From NCBI GenBank assembly GCA_965216635.1, contig OZ244188.1, positions 1 through 64,000 on the forward strand: 64,000 nucleotides of DNA. Direction: 5' to 3'. Below the pieces are notes generated by a model, which was not told where the DNA came from, did no database searches, and saw nothing but the letters and a program-made list of their open reading frames with translations. This DNA is from a bacterium. Lineage in GTDB: Bacteria; SAR324; XYD2-FULL-50-16; G965216635. The position numbers were made by a program, and so were the translations under genes. Of this stretch, positions 30,592 to 40,237 are shown in pieces. How positions within the stretch are numbered: position 1 is the stretch's first letter; the number at the start of each line of letters is the position of its first letter.

Positions 30592-32547
30592 CTACCGATT
30601 AAGTCTAGTCTCAATGAGATTTTCTACAACGCTGGGATCGGCTAAAGTGGAAACATCTCCCATAGAATCTGGTTCATTTTCGGCTATTTTTCTGAGTATT
30701 CGTCTCATAATTTTGCCAGAGCGAGTTTTGGGCAAGGCGGGTGCCCATTGTAGTAAATCTATTTTTGCAAAGGCACCAATTTCCTTGCGGACTAACTCTA
30801 TCAATTCTGTTTTTAAGCCATTATCTATATTTTCACTGCTGTCTGTGTTTTCACCACTGATGACAGTTACAAAAGCGTAAATACCCTGCCCTTTTATTTT
30901 GTGGGGATATCCTACAACAGCAGCTTCACTTATTTTGGGGTGTAGCACCAAAGCACTTTCTATTTCTGCGGTGCCTAATCTGTGTCCCGATACATTGAGC
31001 ACATCATCTACTCTGCCTGTAATCCAGTAATCTCCATCTGCGTCTCTTCTGGCACCGTCTCCAGTAAAATATTTACCTTTGAAAATGGAAAAATAAGTTT
31101 GCATAAATCTTTTGTGGTCTCCATAAACTGTTCTCATTTGCCCGGGCCAAGAGCGATTCATCACAAGCAAACCCGAAGCTTCTCCTTCTAAAACTGTACC
31201 TTTTTCATCTACTAATTGAGGTTCAATTCCGAAAAATGGTTTGGTTGCAGAACCCGGTTTTAGGCAAGTGACAGCAGGTAAGGGGGTAATTAAGTGTCCG
31301 CCAGTCTCTGTCTGCCACCAAGTGTCTACAATGGGACATTTCGCTTTGCCTACTTTATGAAAATACCACTCCCAAGCCTCTGGATTGATAGGTTCTCCAA
31401 CTGTGCCTAGTATTCTTAAACTTTCTCGGCTAGTATCTGCTAAAAATTCATCACCTGCACCAAGTAGAGCGCGGATAGCTGTTGGAGCAGTATAAAATAT
31501 ATTGACGCTGTGTTTATCTATCACTTCCCAAAATCTACTAGAATCAGGGTAAGTTGGCACACCTTCAAACACAAGAGAAATAGCACCATTGGCTAAGGGA
31601 CCATACACAATATAGCTATGTCCTGTCACCCAACCTACATCGGCAGTGCACCAAAAAACTTCTCCTTCTTGATAATCAAAAGTGTATTTATGAGTTATTG
31701 TTGCATAAAGCAGGTAGCCCGCTGTGGTGTGTAAAACTCCTTTAGGTTTTCCAGTAGATCCTGAAGTATAAAGAATAAAGAGCGGGTCTTCGGCTGCCAT
31801 TTTTTCTGGAGGGCAGTTATCCGATGCAGATTCTATAGCTTCATTATACCAAATATCTTTTTCTGGATTCCAATTTATCTCTGCTGAGGTTCTTTGCACG
31901 ACAATGACTTTTCGCACATTAGGGCAACTTTCTAGTGCTTTATCTACATTGGTTTTTAAAGGAATTTTTTTGTTACCCCTAATTCCTTCGTCTGCGGTAA
32001 CCACCACCCTACAATCCGAATCTAAAATTCTTTCCTTTAAAGCGTCTGGAGAAAAACCTCCAAACACTACCGAATGAACAGCTCCAATCCTAGCACAGCT
32101 AAGCATAGCTACTACTGCTTCTAAAACCATAGGCATGTAGATACAAACTCTGTCGCCCTTTTTCACACCGCAATTTTTCAGCACATTAGAAAATTTGCAA
32201 ATTTCTTCATACAGTCTTTGGTAGCTCCATTTATGGCTTTGATTGGGATCATCTCCTTCCCAGATTAGAGCTGTTTGACTAGCCCTTTTTTCTAAATGTC
32301 TATCTACACAGTTATAGCATACATTGAGTTCCGCTCCTTCAAACCAAGCAATTTTTGCAGTTTCAAAATCACAATTTTGCACTCTGTCCCATTTTTTATA
32401 CCAGCTTAAGAACTGTTCTGCTTGCTCTGCCCAAAAAACATCAGGTTCTTCTATAGATCTACGATACATCTGCTCGTAATTTTCTTTAGAGATGGGAGCA
32501 GTTTCAGCAATATTTTGAAAAACAGGGTAAGTTTTTGTTTCGCTCAT
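30592..32547 (-). CDS. acs: Acetyl-CoA synthetase
   Basis: [32 protein letters not shown]. Confidence 0.97.
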   Translation of the reverse strand: MSETKTYPVFQNIAETAPISKENYEQMYRRSIEEPDVFWAEQAEQFLSWYKKWDRVQNCDFETAKIAWFEGAELNVCYNCVDRHLEKRASQTALIWEGDDPNQSHKWSYQRLYEEICKFSNVLKNCGVKKGDRVCIYMPMVLEAVVAMLSCARIGAVHSVVFGGFSPDALKERILDSDCRVVVTADEGIRGNKKIPLKTNVDKALESCPNVRKVIVVQRTSAEINWNPEKDIWYNEAIESASDNCPPEKMAAEDPLFILYTSGSTGKPKGVLHTTAGYLLYATITHKYTFDYQEGEVFWCTADVGWVTGHSYIVYGPLANGAISLVFEGVPTYPDSSRFWEVIDKHSVNIFYTAPTAIRALLGAGDEFLADTSRESLRILGTVGEPINPEAWEWYFHKVGKAKCPIVDTWWQTETGGHLITPLPAVTCLKPGSATKPFFGIEPQLVDEKGTVLEGEASGLLVMNRSWPGQMRTVYGDHKRFMQTYFSIFKGKYFTGDGARRDADGDYWITGRVDDVLNVSGHRLGTAEIESALVLHPKISEAAVVGYPHKIKGQGIYAFVTVISGENTDSSENIDNGLKTELIELVRKEIGAFAKIDLLQWAPALPKTRSGKIMRRILRKIAENEPDSMGDVSTLADPSVVENLIETRLNR

Positions 32548-32891
32548 AATTTTATTTTGAAGAGGTATAAAATCCCATTTTTTTCCCTACTCTTTTTTTT
32601 TGCTTGTTCGTATATGTTATTTTTTTTCATAATAGTTTAAGAGCTTTAAATTAGACATTCTACTGATCCAACTATTGGGCTATGCTTGCCTAATCAAAAG
32701 GTATTAGTTTTGGTTTAAAGTTGATAATGATTTTTCTAAACATACTCTATGAAGTGAAACAAATCAAGAGAAAATTTTTTATTGAGAAAAATATCGCAGT
32801 AAAAATCGACACAAAACTTGAGTGAGGGAAATATTAGGTTAGATGGGCTTGTATAATTTGTAAAGCCGTGAATTTGAAAGAGATTTACTTA

Positions 32892-33236
32892 TTAGGATGC
32901 TGTTTTGTTTAATTCTATTCTCAGCCGTATTAATTTAGCAAAACAATAGCAAAATATACATACAGAACAAAAATGTATCCAAACCAACCCGCCTTTAATT
33001 TGTAATAACCACTCAATCCACAAATCGGCTATAAGGGGATAAAATGAGGAGCTTATTTTCAGAACTATATTCAAAAAAATGCAAAAAAAACTTAAAAATA
33101 AGCCTAAAAATATAATTTTTCTGAGTCTATGGTTTGGAGACTGATAAGACTCTGCCCAAGCTAAAACATTCAACCACATCAAGACAATAACATAATATTC
33201 TAGAGATATCTTTGCTAATATTTCTTCCGAAGTCAT
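32892..33236 (-). CDS. Hypothetical 3-TM membrane protein
   Basis: Three hydrophobic segments; 24 bp downstream of the previous gene. Confidence 0.6.
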   Translation of the reverse strand: MTSEEILAKISLEYYVIVLMWLNVLAWAESYQSPNHRLRKIIFLGLFLSFFCIFLNIVLKISSSFYPLIADLWIEWLLQIKGGLVWIHFCSVCIFCYCFAKLIRLRIELNKTAS

Positions 33237-33260
33237 TGCAATTGTCTTAATGTATTTAGA

Positions 33261-33917
33261 TTAGCTTTTAAAAAATTCCGCTTGCAGCTCGAAAGTTTTT
33301 TTGCAATTTACAATAGGGTGGTTGGCGTATCTTTTCTCAAAATTAAAAAAAGGTAAGTCAATAGAACTCTTTTGATAAATATTATAATTTCTTTTTTCCT
33401 CATCATATCCGTGGCTTGAGATGTAACAATATTTACCACCGTCAGATATTCTAAAATGATCCTCTTTTTTGCGTTCTTTAGGATTGTATTTAATTTCAAC
33501 ATTCTCATATTTTTTAGCTAATTTATTTATGAGTAGTTCATCCTTACAATTAAAATGAATACTAATGCTGATATTTTTATTTCTAATCTTATCTTGTAAC
33601 GCATCTATAACTTTTTGATTATTGTAAATACTCTCCCCCATTGAATTACCATCGTCAAAAATCTGAAGATTTTTTTTAGTATTTTTTATTTGTTCTAAAA
33701 AGTTGCCAACAGCTGCAGTATTATCATTTTCTCCAGATTTTAATGGGGTAAAATAAACACCAATATAATAATACTTCCAGCATAAAATGAGCGGAACCAA
33801 TATAGCCAGCGATAAAAGTATTACAAGAAATAACTCAACCCCACCCAAACTAATTACTAAAAAATACGGGAGTGATAAACCTATTAATACTCCAAAATAA
33901 GTTAGTACTGTTTTCAT
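33261..33917 (-). CDS. 2-TM protein with a possible PLD-like domain
   Basis: Start taken at MKTVLTY because the ORF-track extension runs into a MITE; HFRISDG resembles a degenerate HxKxxxxD motif. Confidence 0.55.
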   Translation of the reverse strand: MKTVLTYFGVLIGLSLPYFLVISLGGVELFLVILLSLAILVPLILCWKYYYIGVYFTPLKSGENDNTAAVGNFLEQIKNTKKNLQIFDDGNSMGESIYNNQKVIDALQDKIRNKNISISIHFNCKDELLINKLAKKYENVEIKYNPKERKKEDHFRISDGGKYCYISSHGYDEEKRNYNIYQKSSIDLPFFNFEKRYANHPIVNCKKTFELQAEFFKS

Positions 33918-33933
33918 AGTTTTATAATTATAA

Positions 33934-34222
33934 TAGACTTTTGAATTTGCATTCTGTTTAGTCAAAACAAGCTTATTGCTTTCACCCTATACGGGCTTTA
34001 GCAAAAGAGCCAGTGGCTCTTTTACATTTCTTTTTTGCCTTATTTAGACCACATAACGCAAGTTTTGTAACGTTTTTCACTACGCCATTGAAAAAATTTT
34101 TAACTCTTGCCATTTGTGAAGAAATGCTCTTCAGTATTCCAGCGAGCTAAAAATTTTTTCCGCACTTTTCTAACCATTTGGCTAGCCCCGTGGGGTAAGC
34201 ATCAGCGAAATTCAAAGGTCTA
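33934..34222. mobile_element. Family A MITE-like element (289 bp)
   Basis: TAGACTTTTGAATTT...AAATTCAAAGGTCTA; first ~90 bp near-identical to the copy at 39954. Confidence 0.85.
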
Positions 34223-34569
34223 TATGAGTTACAGAAGATAACCTTCTGTTTAGATTAAGATTTATTTAATTCACGAATTGTGAAAAGAACAATTTGGATA
34301 GAAAAAAAGAAAAAGTCAATACTTTTCTGTAAAATTTCTCGTCTAAAAAAAAATTATCCTATTTTTCATACAAAAATTCAACCTTAATAGTAGAATTTTT
34401 ATTCAAATTACAATAAATCAGAGCAAATTTTAAACCCAAAAACAAAAAAAAACAAGTTGAAGGTTTAATTATGCGAATAAGAAGTTACAAAAAAATTGTA
34501 TTTTTACTAAAAATTTGTTCTAATAGCAAAGTATTATGCTTTACGGAACATCAATGCAAAGGTCTTATT

Positions 34570-35037
34570 ATGTTGACAACAGAAATCAAAAGATACCTAA
34601 AGAATTCCGTTCTTTGTTGGTTAGCTACTTCTAGCAACACCGCTATTCCCAATGTTTCACCCAAAGAAATTTTTTTATCGTATGGAGATACAAAAATATT
34701 GGTTGCTAATATTGCTTCTCCCAAAACTGTGCGTAATATTCAGAAAAATCCTTGTGTTTGTATTAGTTTTATCAATGTGTTTATCCAAAAAGGCTATAAA
34801 ATTCAAGGACAAGCGAAAATTATTAAAAAAAGTGACTCAGACTTTATGGAAAAGCACGGCTTATTAAAAGAATTAGCAGGGGAAAAATTTTCTATTCAAA
34901 GTATTATTGAAATCACAGCTACAAGCACAGAGCCTATTATAGCTCCAAGCTACCGCTTTTACCCTGAGACGAACGAGCAAGAGCAAATCCAATCAGCGAG
35001 AATAAGTTATGGAGTTGTGCGGAAAAAAGAATACTAA
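34570..35037 (+). CDS. Pyridoxamine 5'-phosphate oxidase-like FMN-binding protein
   Basis: SVLCWLATS...PNVSPK, KTVRNIQKNP, KGYKIQGQA; likely start MLTTE. Confidence 0.85.
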   Translation: MLTTEIKRYLKNSVLCWLATSSNTAIPNVSPKEIFLSYGDTKILVANIASPKTVRNIQKNPCVCISFINVFIQKGYKIQGQAKIIKKSDSDFMEKHGLLKELAGEKFSIQSIIEITATSTEPIIAPSYRFYPETNEQEQIQSARISYGVVRKKEY

Positions 35038-35039
35038 TC

Positions 35040-35097
35040 TAGACTTTTGAATTTGCATTCTGTTTTGCTGAACCAGAATGTCTAATTCAACAGCCTC
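35040..35097. mobile_element. Short family A MITE-like element
   Basis: TAGACTTTTGAATTTGCATTCTG...CAGAATGTCTAATTCAACAGCCTC. Confidence 0.7.
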
Positions 35098-35099
35098 AT

Positions 35100-35183
35100 T
35101 TAGTCTTTATCAAAAAAGACTTCATAAATAGCAACTATTCCAAAAAAAGCAGTTACCATTCTAAATGGTATAAGCATAAACAT
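35100..35183 (-). CDS. 27-aa hydrophobic peptide, paralog of 35962..36033
   Basis: MFMLIPFRMVTAFFGIVAIYEVFFDKD; shares MFMLIPF with the paralog. Confidence 0.5.
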   Translation of the reverse strand: MFMLIPFRMVTAFFGIVAIYEVFFDKD

Positions 35184-35210
35184 TATAATTTTTTTAGAAG
35201 GTTGTTAATT

Positions 35211-35478
35211 TTAATAGTTTTTATAAATGATGCTCCTATGTCCTATATCAATAAGGATTATGATAAGTTTTGTTTCTTCCAATTTGAATATTATTCTATA
35301 ATTGCCAACTCTAGCCCTTGAAACAGATTCTTTGTTTCTCAGTAATAATGTAGAATATTTTTTTGAATCTTTGATTGGTTTTTCTTGGAGAAAATTTTTT
35401 ATTTTTTTTTGAACAGGCTTATCAAGTTTAGAAATTTTTTTTTCTACTCTCTTTTCAAACTTAATGCCTCCAAGCCAT
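35211..35478 (-). pseudogene. RelE/ParE-family toxin, frameshifted
   Basis: MAW.. / IKFEKRVEKKISKLDKPVQKKI.. / RARVGNYRIIFKLEETKLIIILIDIGHRSIIY in different frames. Confidence 0.8.
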
Positions 35479-35694
35479 ATTTTTCTATAATATCTTCAAA
35501 ATCTATTAATTCCGTTTTTTTAGAATCAATATCAGACAAAACCTGTTTTGCATATTTCAAATCAGCATAATCAGCAATATACTGTTCTATCAATTCTCTG
35601 ACAATATAACCTTTACTCTTATCTTCATCCAAGGCTACCTTGCAAGGGAGTTGTATAATTTTTCAGGAACTTGAAAAGAAAATATTTTGTTCAT
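35444..35694 (-). pseudogene. RelB/CopG-type RHH antitoxin, frameshifted
   Basis: MNKIFSFQVPEKLYNSL, frameshift, then DKSKGYIVRELIEQYIADYADLKYA; overlaps the toxin start. Confidence 0.72.
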
Positions 35695-35961
35695 GGTTTG
35701 TTGGTTACAAATTCATAATAGTTATTATCTTATAATAAAAACCATTAAAATCAATTATTGAATTACCCATACACTTCTATTGAAATTTTGGTTTTATTGT
35801 GTGAAATAAAATTTATGAAAAATTTTTTCTTTATAAGACTCCAATCAATTTACTAAAAAAAAAGAACCATTTTTAATTACTAGAGTAGGTATAGGTGCGG
35901 AAACTTCAGACGGGATACTCTCAAGTTTTGCGTCTCGGACTTGGGAGGGAAAAAAAAGTAT

Positions 35962-36033
35962 TTAGTCTATAGGGTAAAGCACCATAAAAGCAAATAGTAA
36001 CAAAACCATACCAAAAGGAATAAGCATAAACAT
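35962..36033 (-). CDS. 23-aa single-TM peptide abutting 36034..36246
   Basis: MFMLIPFGMVLLLFAFMVLYPID; ATG directly follows the upstream stop. Confidence 0.55.
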   Translation of the reverse strand: MFMLIPFGMVLLLFAFMVLYPID

Positions 36034-36246
36034 TTATAACTCCTTAATAAGTTTAATAATTTTATAAAACACTATAACAATAAAAATTATAAAAAAAAAT
36101 AATATAACTAGACTTGATGCTATTCTATCTGCACCAAGTTTTTCATAAATTCTATAAGTCCATCCAACAATACCAAAAATAGCAAGCAAACCAAAACTTA
36201 AAATCAATCTATAGAGTGCTAATTTTTCTTTAATTTTATCATTCAT
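36034..36246 (-). CDS. Small 2-TM membrane protein, paralog of 626..847
   Basis: Clear N-terminal similarity to 626..847. Confidence 0.75.
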   Translation of the reverse strand: MNDKIKEKLALYRLILSFGLLAIFGIVGWTYRIYEKLGADRIASSLVILFFFIIFIVIVFYKIIKLIKEL

Positions 36247-36295
36247 AATTTTTTGATACTAAAAAAAGTTTTTATTAGGCAAAATTTTTTTCTTT

Positions 36296-37714
36296 TTAAG
36301 GTTTCTTAGAAGCAGAATTTTTCTTATTAGAAGGGGTGGTTTTCTTAATTTGGATAAGAATAATCTGGTCTTCTACCATATTTCTCACTTCAAAAGAAAA
36401 ATCATTTACCTCTACCTTGTCGCCTACTTTGGGAAGTCTTTTTAAATAAAACATAATCAAGCCTTGTAGGGTGTCGTAAGGATGTTTGTCGTGTGGGTCA
36501 GGGTCGGCTCCTGTGATTCTACAAAAGCTATTTAAATCTACTACATTTTTGGCAAACCAAATATTTTTTCCTAAGGGTAAAATAGAAGAATCGTCTTTGT
36601 GTTTGTCTGCTTCGTCGTTAATTTCCCCTACAATTTCTTCTAAAATATCTTCTAGGGTAATAATTCCATCAAAAGCACCAAAATCATCTACCACTATTCC
36701 TATATGTTTTCTTTCTTTTTGGAATTTTTCTAAAGTATTGACAATGCTTGTTTTTTTATAGATATAGGTTGCTTCGCTGGCAATATCCGATAATTTGAGA
36801 TTTGCCGATAGTTTGAGATTTGCCGATTTTTTTTTAAAGAGTTGTTTAAAAACATCCTTTTGGTGAACAACGGCTGTGATATTATCTATTTTGTTGTGGT
36901 AGATGGGAATTCTAGAATAATCAGATTTTGCAATATCTTCTATAACATCGTTGAGTTTTTCGTTGGCAGGTAGAATAAAAACGTTCGTCCTAGGAGTCAT
37001 AATCTCGCTGACAGTGGTATCTGTAAATTCTAAAATGTTCTTGATAGCTGTTTTTTCGCTTTTTTCAAAAACTCCCTGTTTTTCTCCTGTATTAACGATT
37101 GCCAGTAATTGATCATCTGAAATATTGTCTTCCTCGCTGCGTCCAAACAATCTACTGATAAGTCCCGATAGAGCAACCGATGATATGGATAAAGGATAAA
37201 AAATTATGTAGAAGAAATAGATAAAGGGTGAGATTAAAACACCCAAACGGAAACTATTGAAAATAGCAATATTTTTAGGAATGATTTCTCCAAAAAAGAG
37301 TATGAGTAAAATCAAAATAGCACTGGAGAGCGATACTGCAATTTCTCTAGCCAAGCCTAAATTAACTATAATTCTGGTAAAAAGATAACTTCCATAAATA
37401 CTAGCAAATACATTGGCGATATTATTACCTATAAGGATGGTAGAGAGTATCATCACTTTTTTTATGAGAAGTTTGTGTAAAAAACGATATTGTTTTTTAA
37501 GGAGATTGCCGTTTTCATCCTGAATTTGGTATTCTTTAATATGAAAAATTGCTATTTCAGCGGCAGAAAAAAAACCAGAAAGGGCAATTAGGAAGAATAA
37601 AATAGTGAAATTGTACAGGGTTACAGCTTGATCCAAAGATGATAAAATACTTTCAAAATTTCCTACAAGATTTAAAAAAGTATTTCCTATAAGGTTTTTA
37701 ATGTCCGCAATCAT
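36296..37714 (-). CDS. HlyC/CorC (CNNM) family protein with CBS pair
   Basis: LSGFFSAAE, TILIGNNIAN, FGEIIPK, IMTPR, YSRIPIY, ITLEDILEEIVGEI. Confidence 0.92.
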   Translation of the reverse strand: MIADIKNLIGNTFLNLVGNFESILSSLDQAVTLYNFTILFFLIALSGFFSAAEIAIFHIKEYQIQDENGNLLKKQYRFLHKLLIKKVMILSTILIGNNIANVFASIYGSYLFTRIIVNLGLAREIAVSLSSAILILLILFFGEIIPKNIAIFNSFRLGVLISPFIYFFYIIFYPLSISSVALSGLISRLFGRSEEDNISDDQLLAIVNTGEKQGVFEKSEKTAIKNILEFTDTTVSEIMTPRTNVFILPANEKLNDVIEDIAKSDYSRIPIYHNKIDNITAVVHQKDVFKQLFKKKSANLKLSANLKLSDIASEATYIYKKTSIVNTLEKFQKERKHIGIVVDDFGAFDGIITLEDILEEIVGEINDEADKHKDDSSILPLGKNIWFAKNVVDLNSFCRITGADPDPHDKHPYDTLQGLIMFYLKRLPKVGDKVEVNDFSFEVRNMVEDQIILIQIKKTTPSNKKNSASKKP

Positions 37715-38439
37715 TTCTTTTTTTCTTTTTGTTCTTGAAGGTATGTTTCATCTATGACTAAAACGCGTAGACAATGTGGGCAGGAAGAATGAGCTTCTGA
37801 AAGAATGCTTTGGAACATTTGAGGAGCTAAAGACATAGAACAAGCGGAACATCGCGATTCTGTGATTGCTACCACTGAGGGGAATATTTTTTTTTCTCGC
37901 AACTGCTCTATTTTTGCTACAAAATCCTTATCTAAACTCTCTAATAAAAGGTTTTGCTCCGATAATAATTTATCGTATTCATTTTGCGGGGATGCTGTTT
38001 GTTCTTCAAAGGAATTTTTGGTTTCTTGCAGTTCTTTTAAGAAATGATTTTTCTCTTCTTCTAGTTTATTCCATTGCTCCTGATATTTTTTTTGCTTTAA
38101 ACCCAACTCTTCCATCTCTTTTTGGTAGTGAGTAAGGAATTTTTCAGAAATATTTTTTTCTGCTTTAGATTGCCGATAAACTTTACTTTCTTTAGATTGG
38201 GAAACCAACTTTGAATGATTGCGAAAAGCCTCTTGCTCCAAAGAAAGTAGTTTTTTCATCTCCTTTCTTTGGTTTTCTAAGATGGTAATTTGTTTTTTAA
38301 GAATTTGTTGTTTTTCCAAAAGAATTTTTTCTTTTGTAGCCGTCTTTTCTTTAAGGCTAATATAGGGATGTCTCCAAATAATAGAGTTTAGTTCTGTTAT
38401 TTTTTTTTCTTTTTCTAGGAATGAGTGGTATTTTTTCAT
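37711..38439 (-). CDS. Coiled-coil protein with C4 zinc ribbon (DUF164-like)
   Basis: Long coiled coil followed by CSAC...CPHCLR. Confidence 0.8.
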   Translation of the reverse strand: MKKYHSFLEKEKKITELNSIIWRHPYISLKEKTATKEKILLEKQQILKKQITILENQRKEMKKLLSLEQEAFRNHSKLVSQSKESKVYRQSKAEKNISEKFLTHYQKEMEELGLKQKKYQEQWNKLEEEKNHFLKELQETKNSFEEQTASPQNEYDKLLSEQNLLLESLDKDFVAKIEQLREKKIFPSVVAITESRCSACSMSLAPQMFQSILSEAHSSCPHCLRVLVIDETYLQEQKEKKK

Positions 38440-38448
38440 CTTATTTTA

Positions 38449-38666
38449 GAGACCTTTGCATTAGCGGTTTGTCTAGCCAAGGCGATCGTTAATTTTTTTT
38501 AATGGCGTCTTGCCACAATAATGAGACCAGGCACTACAAAAATTAGTGATTAGCGGCAAAGGAATGAAAAAGTGCCAAAGGCACTTTTTCTATAGCCTAT
38601 TTAAAGCAATAAGCTTGTTTTGGCTAAACAGCTAGTTTTGTCCTATTTGGCAAATTCAAAAGTCTA
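38449..38666. mobile_element. Family A MITE-like element
   Basis: GAGACCTTTGCATTAGCG...CAAATTCAAAAGTCTA. Confidence 0.8.
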
Positions 38667-38683
38667 TTTAATGATTTCTAGAG

Positions 38684-38757
38684 TGGGCCCACCAGGACTT
38701 GAACCTGGGACCTCCCGGTTATGAGCCGGATGCTCTAACCAACTGAGCTATAGGCCC
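38684..38757 (-). tRNA. tRNA with CAT anticodon, most likely Ile2 (lysidine); CCA not encoded
   Basis: GGGCCTATAGCTCAGTTGGTTAGAGCATCCGGCTCATAACCGGGAGGTCCCAGGTTCAAGTCCTGGTGGGCCCA; lacks initiator-tRNA features. Confidence 0.9.
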
Positions 38758-38763
38758 CTTTTT

Positions 38764-39939
38764 TTAACTTGCTAATTCTATAGCTTTCTTAGTAGCTTTA
38801 GAAAAATCATTAACAAGTATCAAATTTTTTTGGTAATTAGAATTTTCTAGAATTTCTTTTGCCTTTTCTGAGTTTGTGCCTTCTAAACGAATAATTATAG
38901 GAATAGAAACATTTGTTTTTTTAAAGGCTTTTAAGATTCCTTCGGCTATAAGATCACAGCGCACTATACCGCCAAAAATATTTACTAAAATAGACTTCAC
39001 ATTTTTATCTTCGCTGATAATACGAAAAGCCGCTTCTACTTTTTCTGAGTTTGTGCCTCCGCCAACATCTAAAAAGTTAGCTGGATATCCACCGTAGTGT
39101 TGAATAATATCCATAGTTGCCATAGCTAAACCAGCACCATTAACCATACAGCCTATAGTTCCTTCTAGCTTAATGAAATTTAAGTCAAACTCCTTCGCTT
39201 TAATTTCTGCCTGATTTTCTTCACTTAAATCTCTTAACTGCTTCCATTCAGGATGCCTAAAACTAGCGTTATCATCAAAATTGATTTTGCAATCTAAAGG
39301 CATAATATCATTTTGCGCGGTTATAACGAGTGGGTTTATTTCTAAAAGAGAAGCGTCTGTTTCCATAAAGGCAAGGTAGAGTGATCTTAAAATTTTCCCC
39401 ATTTTTTTAACCAAATTGGGTTCTATTTTGTGCAAGCCTAAAGCAAAAGCTATATTTCTAGTGTAAAAACTTCTCATACCATAAGTAGGCTCAATTTTCT
39501 GTTTAATAATTTTATCAGGGGTTTTGGCAGCGACTTCTTCTATGTCCATCCCCCCTTCAGTAGAAGCTAAAACCACTGGCATTCTGCTCTCTCTGTCTAC
39601 TAAAATAGAAAGATATAGTTCCTTTTTAATTGCTACTCCTTGTTCTACCAGCACTTTGGATACTTTCTGTCCTTCTTTGGAAGTTTGAGGTGTCACCAAA
39701 CTCATACCCAATATTTTTTTTGTGTTTTCTTCTAGTTCGTTTAGATTTTTGCAAACCTTGACGCCTCCGCCTTTACCCCTTCCGCCAGCGTGAATTTGTG
39801 CTTTGACGACAGCTATTTCTGAGGGAAATTTTTTTGCTATATTTATAGCTTCTGCTACTGAAAAAGCAACACTGCCTTGCGGCAAAGGGATGTTGTGATT
39901 TCTTAAAATTTCTTTTGCTTGGTACTCGTGTATTTTCAT
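38764..39939 (-). CDS. sucC: Succinyl-CoA synthetase beta subunit
   Basis: MKIHEYQAK, KAQIHAGGRGKGGGV, NGAGLAMATMD, NIFGGIVRCD. Confidence 0.96.
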   Translation of the reverse strand: MKIHEYQAKEILRNHNIPLPQGSVAFSVAEAINIAKKFPSEIAVVKAQIHAGGRGKGGGVKVCKNLNELEENTKKILGMSLVTPQTSKEGQKVSKVLVEQGVAIKKELYLSILVDRESRMPVVLASTEGGMDIEEVAAKTPDKIIKQKIEPTYGMRSFYTRNIAFALGLHKIEPNLVKKMGKILRSLYLAFMETDASLLEINPLVITAQNDIMPLDCKINFDDNASFRHPEWKQLRDLSEENQAEIKAKEFDLNFIKLEGTIGCMVNGAGLAMATMDIIQHYGGYPANFLDVGGGTNSEKVEAAFRIISEDKNVKSILVNIFGGIVRCDLIAEGILKAFKKTNVSIPIIIRLEGTNSEKAKEILENSNYQKNLILVNDFSKATKKAIELAS

Positions 39940-39953
39940 AATTTATATTTTAA

Positions 39954-40224
39954 TAGACTTTTGAATTTGCATTCTGTTTAGCCAAAACAAGCTTATTGCT
40001 TTCACTCTATACAAGCTTTAGCAAAAGAGCCACTGGCTCTTTTGCAGTCTATATTGTGTTAGCTTTAAGTTTTGTAGTGTTTTTTGCTTCGCTGTTAAAA
40101 AAAAATTTTGTCCCTTGAAATACTTGAGTATTCCTGCGACCCAAAATTTTTTTTTGCACCTGTTCTAACCATTTGGCTAGCCGTCACAGCTAGTTTTGTC
40201 CTATTTGGCAAATTCAAAGGTCTA
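39954..40224. mobile_element. Family A MITE-like element (271 bp)
   Basis: TAGACTTTTGAATTTGC...GCAAATTCAAAGGTCTA. Confidence 0.85.
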
Positions 40225-40237
40225 TTTAATCTTTTTT

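Noticed and set aside
38684..38757. Initiator tRNA-fMet
   Set aside because: It has a paired G1-C72 and lacks the three consecutive G-C anticodon-stem pairs; it resembles Ile2.
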